Origin: an uncultured Candidatus Entotheonella sp.
GTDB lineage: Bacteria; Tectomicrobia; Entotheonellia; Entotheonellales; Entotheonellaceae
DNA: 64,000 nt
Assembly (NCBI GenBank): GCA_965215335.1
Contig: CBDCDA010000001.1
Location: forward strand, 1,984,001 to 2,048,000
Direction: 5' to 3'
This document shows, piece after piece, positions 58,739 to 64,000 of this stretch (position 1 is the first letter of the stretch; every line of letters starts with the position of its first letter). Below the pieces are notes generated by a model. It saw only the letters and a program-made list of their open reading frames with translations. It was not told the origin of the DNA and ran no database searches. A program made the translations under genes and the position numbers.

Positions 58739-60631
58739 ATGCATCGCAAGAGTTCAAGCTTCATCGCTGTTTGCCTGTTCGTAGTCCTGGGGCTCCAGGC
58801 GCCTGTCGCCTGGGCGCAGCAGGACGAGAATTCTTTCCGGCTCGACCCGCTGATCGTCACCGCCACCCGCTCGGCAGAGCGGCTGAGCCAGACGACCCGC
58901 TCGGTGACCGTCATCAGCGCCGAGGACATCGCGGCGCAGGGCGCCCATACGGTCGCGGACGCGTTGCGCAGCGTTCCCGGTCTGGACGTGGTGCGAACTG
59001 GCAGGCTGGGCGGGCTGACGAGCATCTTCATGCGCGGTAGTAAGTCGGATCAAACGGTTGTGCTGATCGACGGAGTAAAGGTGAATCTTGCCGGGGGTGA
59101 GATCGATCTGGCGAACTTGTCAGTGGACAACGTCGAGCGCATCGAGGTGGTGCGCGGTTCGGCGAGCACGCTATACGGCAGCAGCGCCATGGGAGGGGTC
59201 ATCCACATCGTCACCAGGCGGGGCAGCGGTCCGCTGAGCGCCAGTCTGAGCGTCAGCAGCGGCAGTTTCGGCACCCATGACCAGCGCGCTGCCGTAGCTG
59301 CCGGAATAGCCTGGGGAAGCTTGTCGGTGGCCGCCAGCCGCGTCGATTCGGATGGGCACCTGGCGTTCAACAACCAGTACGATAACGCCAACCTGTCGCT
59401 GCGTGCCGACCTGTCGCCGGACGAGCACACGAACCTCGACATCACGTTGCATCACACCGACAGCGAGTTCCACTTTCCCACCGACGGCACTGGGGCTGTT
59501 ACACGCCGCCACCAGTTCAGCACCACGCACGAGACCGCCATGGGGCTGCGCGGCGCTCGCGCCTTGGCACCTTGGTGGAACAGCAGCCTGCAACTGGGCT
59601 TCCACCAGCGTAAGCACCGTCTCTATCCCGATTCATACCTTGAGGGAGATTCCCCCTCCACCCGCGACGAAGAACGTCTGGCAATCGACTGGCAGTCGGT
59701 ACTGGACATCAATCTCGGCGACCTTACCCTGGGGGTGGCGTACGAGGATGATGAGAACAAGGAAACCGAGGTCCGCCGGCACAACACCGCCGGATACGCG
59801 CAGCTTCGCTTGAAGCCGTTGGAACCCCTGGTGCTGGTCGGCGGCCTGCGGGCCGACGGGCACAGCGAGTTCGGCACCGAACTGACGTATCAGGTCTCAG
59901 CCGCCTATTTCCTGCCCGGTGGCACCAAGTTGCGAGCGGCCCTCGGCACCGGCTTCAAGGAACCCTCGTGGGGGGAGATTTTTTCGACCCTCTTTACCAT
60001 GGGCAATCCCGATCTGGAGCCGGAGCGCAGCGTGACGTGGGAATTGGGGATCGAGCAGCGGTTGTGGGAGGATCAACTTCGGCTTGAGGCGATCTATTTC
60101 TCCAGTCGTTTCGAGGACCTGATCGGCTACAAACATACGGGTTTCCCGCCGACGGCGCCCAACTACTTCAACGTCCAGGAAGCCCGAGCGGATGGGGTGG
60201 AACTGTCCGTTGCCGTCGCGCCGACGCCGGCCTGGACGCTTGGCGCCGCATATACCTGGTTGCGCAGCGAGGCCATCGATCCAGGTGCCAGCGGCGGACC
60301 GGGATTCGTTGAGGGTGAACCGCTGCAGCGCCGGCCGGAACACAAGGTGTGGCTGTTCGGCCAATACACGCGCGGACGCTTCGACGGGCGGCTGGATTTG
60401 TACCATATCGGGAAGCGCCCCGACGTTGACTGGTCCCTTTACGAGCGAGTGGACAACCCCGCGTACACCAAGGTGAACGTGGCTTTCAGCTACAAGCTCA
60501 TGGAAAGCGAGCGGCGCACGCTGGAGCTGTTCGGTCGGGTGGAAAACCTCTTCGACGAGGACTACGAGGAGGCGTACGGATATGAGGCCCCCGGCTTTGC
60601 CGCCTTTGGCGGTATCCGAATGACGCTGTAA
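58739..60631 (+). CDS. btuB: TonB-dependent receptor, probable cobalamin transporter
   Basis: Signal peptide, LIVTATRS, plug motifs VVLIDGV and VERIEVVRGSASTLYGSSAMGGVI, ENLFDEDYE; riboswitch upstream. Confidence 0.88.
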   Translation: MHRKSSSFIAVCLFVVLGLQAPVAWAQQDENSFRLDPLIVTATRSAERLSQTTRSVTVISAEDIAAQGAHTVADALRSVPGLDVVRTGRLGGLTSIFMRGSKSDQTVVLIDGVKVNLAGGEIDLANLSVDNVERIEVVRGSASTLYGSSAMGGVIHIVTRRGSGPLSASLSVSSGSFGTHDQRAAVAAGIAWGSLSVAASRVDSDGHLAFNNQYDNANLSLRADLSPDEHTNLDITLHHTDSEFHFPTDGTGAVTRRHQFSTTHETAMGLRGARALAPWWNSSLQLGFHQRKHRLYPDSYLEGDSPSTRDEERLAIDWQSVLDINLGDLTLGVAYEDDENKETEVRRHNTAGYAQLRLKPLEPLVLVGGLRADGHSEFGTELTYQVSAAYFLPGGTKLRAALGTGFKEPSWGEIFSTLFTMGNPDLEPERSVTWELGIEQRLWEDQLRLEAIYFSSRFEDLIGYKHTGFPPTAPNYFNVQEARADGVELSVAVAPTPAWTLGAAYTWLRSEAIDPGASGGPGFVEGEPLQRRPEHKVWLFGQYTRGRFDGRLDLYHIGKRPDVDWSLYERVDNPAYTKVNVAFSYKLMESERRTLELFGRVENLFDEDYEEAYGYEAPGFAAFGGIRMTL

Positions 60632-60652
60632 GGCACGGCAGGAGAGCAAGAA

Positions 60653-61648
60653 ATGGTCAGGCGGATTGCAGGACGCGCGACTGCCGCGGTCGTGCCGGCG
60701 GTCTTGATCGTGCTTGGCGTCGTGGCGGTCGCGGCCACCGGCGGCACGACGCGGCTGTCGCTGCTCGGCGCGCGGCCCTTTCACGCCACGCAGGTCGTCG
60801 GGCAGGACTTCCCCAAGTGGCTGATCGACCCGTCCGGAATGCCGCAGACGCTTGCCGCGCCGCCGAACCGCATCCTGTCGGGGGTGCTGGCCAGCGACGA
60901 AATCCTTACCGCCCTGGTGCTGCCCGAGCGCTTGGCCGGGGTGACGTATCTGGTCGACGAGCCGGGCTTGTCCGACGTTGCCAGGCTGTTGCCGCCGGAT
61001 CTGCCGCGCATCCACGCCGAGCCCGAAACCATGCTGGCCTTGCGGCCCGATCTGGTGGTGCTGGCCAGTTACACGCGCGCCACCACGGTTCGGCTGTTGG
61101 TGGCGGCGGGCATTCCGGTGGTGCGTTTCCAGTGGTACCGCTCGTTTGCCGACATCATGGACTCGATCCGCATGCTGGCTGCCGCGGTGGGCGCGGACGA
61201 CAACGGCGCGCGGCTTGTCGACGACATGCGGCGGCGCATCGCCGACGTGCAAGAACGGGCGCGGGGTCTGCCGCGGCCGCGCGTGCTGTATTACGGCGGG
61301 GGCGGCTACTCGGCCGGTGAGGACGCTCTCATCGACGCCATGATTTCCCTGGCTGGCGGGCACAACGTGGCGCGGGACGTGGGCCTGCATGGCCAGGCAC
61401 GGCTGCCCCTGGAGATCGCCGTCAGCCTGCGGCCCGAGGTGATCCTGGTTTCGGAGTGGGAGCGGATAACGGGCGGTAACCGCGCCGCGGCGTTTCTGCA
61501 TCACCCGGTCTGGGCCGAGGTGCCGGCCGTTCAGGCGGGCCGTGTCTATGGCATTAACGGCGCCTGGCTCAGTTCGGTGTCCCACTATTCGGTCAAGGCG
61601 CTCGAAGCCATCGCACGGGTGCTGCATCCCGAGGCACTTGCCCTGTGA
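60653..61648 (+). CDS. btuF: Cobalamin/iron-siderophore ABC substrate-binding protein
   Basis: PPNRILS..SDEIL, ETMLALRPDLV, AGGHN, VPAVQAGRVY, LHPE. Confidence 0.78.
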   Translation: MVRRIAGRATAAVVPAVLIVLGVVAVAATGGTTRLSLLGARPFHATQVVGQDFPKWLIDPSGMPQTLAAPPNRILSGVLASDEILTALVLPERLAGVTYLVDEPGLSDVARLLPPDLPRIHAEPETMLALRPDLVVLASYTRATTVRLLVAAGIPVVRFQWYRSFADIMDSIRMLAAAVGADDNGARLVDDMRRRIADVQERARGLPRPRVLYYGGGGYSAGEDALIDAMISLAGGHNVARDVGLHGQARLPLEIAVSLRPEVILVSEWERITGGNRAAAFLHHPVWAEVPAVQAGRVYGINGAWLSSVSHYSVKALEAIARVLHPEALAL

Positions 61649-62679
61649 GACGGCGGCAGCGAGTCCTGGCGTGTGCGCTGGCCGGGCTGGGGCTGGTCGC
61701 CGCCGTGCTGGCGGGGACGACGTACGGCTCGGTGTCGATCCCCTGGCGGCATCTCGCCGGCATCCTGGCGCACGCCGCCGGTTTGCCGATAACGCCGGAC
61801 TGGCCGACGTGGGAAGCCACCGTGCTGCTGCACGTTCGCCTGCCGCGCGTGCTGGTGGGACTGTGCGTGGGCGGTGGCCTGGCGCTGTGTGGTGCTGCCT
61901 TGCAAGCCCTGTTCCGCAATCCCCTGGCGGATCCCGGGGTGCTTGGGGTGTCATCCGGCGCCGCTCTGGGCGCCGTCATCGCCCTGTACCTCGGTCTGGC
62001 CGCCCACTCCGTCTGGCCTCTGCCCATCCTGGCCTGCGGCTCGGCCGGCCTCACCGCCTTCGTCGTCTACGGTATTGCCACCCGGCGCGGTCAGACGCCG
62101 ATCGGCACCCTGTTGTTGGCGGGCGTCGCGGTCGGCAGCCTGAACGCCGCCCTGACGTCGTTCGTGCTGTCGCTATCCCTTGCCAATTTCGACATCGGCC
62201 GCCAACTCATCCTGTGGCTCCTGGGCGGCCTGGACGGGCGCACCTGGGAACACGTCAAGCTCGTCGCGCCCGTCACCCTGCTCGCCGCCGGCCTGATCAT
62301 CGCCTACGCCCGCGACCTGGACGTGCTACTGCTGGGCGACGTGCATGCCGTCTCGGTCGGCGTGCACGTGGTGCGGGTGCGCCGGGTGCTGATTATCGCC
62401 ACCTCGCTGGTCACGGGCGCAGGTGTTGCCGTTTCGGGTGTCATCGGCTTCGTCGGCCTGATCATTCCCCATATCCTGCGCCGCTTGATCGGGCCGCACC
62501 ATCAGTGGCTGCTGCCCCTCGCCCTGGTTGTCGGCGCCGCCTTCCTGGTGTTCGCCGATTGCCTGGCGCGCGCCCTGATCGCCCCCGAAGAACTGCGCCT
62601 CGGCGTTCTCACCGCCCTCATCGGCGCGCCCTTCTTTCTCTTCCTGCTGATAAGGCACCGGCGCGAAGGTCTGCTGTGA
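61645..62679 (+). CDS. btuC: FecCD/BtuC-family permease
   Basis: RLPRVL, QALFRNPLADPGVLGVSSGA, GVIGFVGLIIPH, IGAPFFL. Confidence 0.85.
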   Translation: MRRRQRVLACALAGLGLVAAVLAGTTYGSVSIPWRHLAGILAHAAGLPITPDWPTWEATVLLHVRLPRVLVGLCVGGGLALCGAALQALFRNPLADPGVLGVSSGAALGAVIALYLGLAAHSVWPLPILACGSAGLTAFVVYGIATRRGQTPIGTLLLAGVAVGSLNAALTSFVLSLSLANFDIGRQLILWLLGGLDGRTWEHVKLVAPVTLLAAGLIIAYARDLDVLLLGDVHAVSVGVHVVRVRRVLIIATSLVTGAGVAVSGVIGFVGLIIPHILRRLIGPHHQWLLPLALVVGAAFLVFADCLARALIAPEELRLGVLTALIGAPFFLFLLIRHRREGLL

Positions 62680-63488
62680 TGTCAGCACTGCTGGAGATGC
62701 GGGACCTGACCTTCGCGTACCAGGACCGCGCGGTGCTCTCCCAAGTGACCTTTTCCATTGGCGCGCGGGAGGTCGTCGGGCTCGTCGGTCCCAACGGCAG
62801 CGGCAAGTCGACCCTGTTGCGCCTGGCTCTGGGCCTGCTCGCAACGGGTCACGGCGAGTTGCGGGTCGTCGGCACCCCTATCGCGACGCTGTCGAGAAAG
62901 GCCCTGGCGCGGCACACCGCATTCGTGCCGCAGGACACGGTGATGGAGATTGCCTTCACGGTCCGGGACGTCGTGGCCATGGGACGACACCCGCATCTGG
63001 GGCGTTTCCAGCCCGAAACGCCGGCGGACGGGACGGCGATCCAATGGGCTCTTGAGGCCACGGCAACCCAGGCGCTGTCCGAGCGTACCCTGCAGGAACT
63101 CTCCGGCGGCGAACGCCAGCGGGTGGTTCTGGCCCGGGCGCTGGCGCAGCAGGCCACCATCCTGCTGCTCGACGAACCGACCGCAAACCTCGACGTGGCG
63201 CACCAGTTGGAGATGCTCATGCTGGTGCGAGCCGTGGTCCGGGAAGGGCGCTGCGCCCTGATCGCTATTCACGACCTCGCCCTGGCGGCGCGTTTCTGCG
63301 ACCGCATCGTCATGTTGTCGGAGGGGGCTGTCGTGGCGCAAGGCACGCCGCGGGAGGTGATCACCGAGGCGCATCTGGCGCGCTATTTCCGCCTCCAGGC
63401 CAAGGTGCGCTGGGAGCCGGAACTCGGCGGGCTGCTGGTGCTGCCGCGCGCGCCGTTGCCGGAGCGGGGGTTCTTGCAACAGTCGTGA
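62679..63488 (+). CDS. btuD: Cobalamin/iron ABC ATP-binding protein
   Basis: GPNGSGKST, LSGGERQRV, LLLDEPTANLD, IHDL. Confidence 0.85.
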   Translation: MSALLEMRDLTFAYQDRAVLSQVTFSIGAREVVGLVGPNGSGKSTLLRLALGLLATGHGELRVVGTPIATLSRKALARHTAFVPQDTVMEIAFTVRDVVAMGRHPHLGRFQPETPADGTAIQWALEATATQALSERTLQELSGGERQRVVLARALAQQATILLLDEPTANLDVAHQLEMLMLVRAVVREGRCALIAIHDLALAARFCDRIVMLSEGAVVAQGTPREVITEAHLARYFRLQAKVRWEPELGGLLVLPRAPLPERGFLQQS

Positions 63489-63535
63489 TACAATCTCCCG
63501 AATCCTCTCCCGAACCCTATGGCTCTGGAGGATCT

Positions 63536-63973
63536 ATGCGGAAGATATGGACCTGGATCAAGGACAACGCAGGACCCATGACGGTAACCGTCGCCATCCT
63601 GGGCGGATTCGCCGGAATCATGCAATTCAGCGTCGTCAGGCCAATCCACCAACGCTTCGACGCCCAAGATAAGTACATCAACCAGCGCTTTGATGCTCAG
63701 GACAAGCGCATTGACGATCTGAGAGCGGATATGAACCAGCGCTTCAACACCCAGGACAAGTACTTCAACCAGCGTATCGACGACCAAAACAGATCCATCA
63801 ACCAGCGCTTCGATACCGTCGACCAGCGCTTCGATGCCCAGGACAGACGCATCGAGGAACTTGCCAAAGATATCTCCGAACTCCGCAAGCTCAACGAGCG
63901 CGTCTCCCGGAACGAAACACGAATCGACACCCTCACGGAGCAATTGCAGGCCGCCGAAGCGCCCTCGCCCTAG
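63536..63973 (+). CDS. Membrane-anchored repetitive coiled-coil protein
   Basis: RBS GGAGGA; N-terminal TM; NQRFDAQDKY-type 11- and 7-residue repeats. Confidence 0.8.
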   Translation: MRKIWTWIKDNAGPMTVTVAILGGFAGIMQFSVVRPIHQRFDAQDKYINQRFDAQDKRIDDLRADMNQRFNTQDKYFNQRIDDQNRSINQRFDTVDQRFDAQDRRIEELAKDISELRKLNERVSRNETRIDTLTEQLQAAEAPSP

Positions 63974-64000
63974 ACCGGACACAAGCCCACCTGACGCCGC

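Noticed and set aside
63640..63850. CRISPR-like repeated DNA
   Set aside because: Repeats are degenerate, in-frame coding units without unique spacers; no cas genes

Overview
GC-rich bacterial chromosome segment of about 60 genes, mostly metabolic and housekeeping. It carries a general L-amino-acid ABC transporter, a CmoO/CmoJ-like monooxygenase pair, an unassigned catabolic run (cupin, amidohydrolase, PhyH, FMN reductase, NIPSNAP, enolase-superfamily), gdhA, a sugar ABC transporter, parE-parC, a split methylmalonyl-CoA mutase subunit, tldDE, cysQ, an IDH-like enzyme, eukaryote-type hisA, xseA-xseB-ispA-tlyA, and a cobalamin-riboswitch-controlled btuBFCD-like operon. I found no rRNA, tRNA, CRISPR array, prophage or intact transposase. 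The non-coding gaps hold the most interesting signals: (1) an ORF-less structured element at ~21.5-21.6 kb that resembles, from recall only, the non-coding end / bridge-RNA region of IS110-family elements; (2) an isolated group II intron domain V/VI at ~30.2 kb; (3) an IS5 transposase relic overlapping the 3' end of cysQ; (4) several eroded pseudogenes (LLM monooxygenase, Zn-ADH, cobO); (5) a dif-like AT-rich palindrome. Three small membrane-anchored coiled-coil proteins sit at or near the 3' ends of unrelated gene runs. TPR, GOLPH3-like and coiled-coil proteins plus gene erosion suggest a host-associated (e.g. sponge-symbiont) organism, but that is inference. I cannot demonstrate a complete novel system. 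All family calls come from motif recognition by eye; no searches were run.
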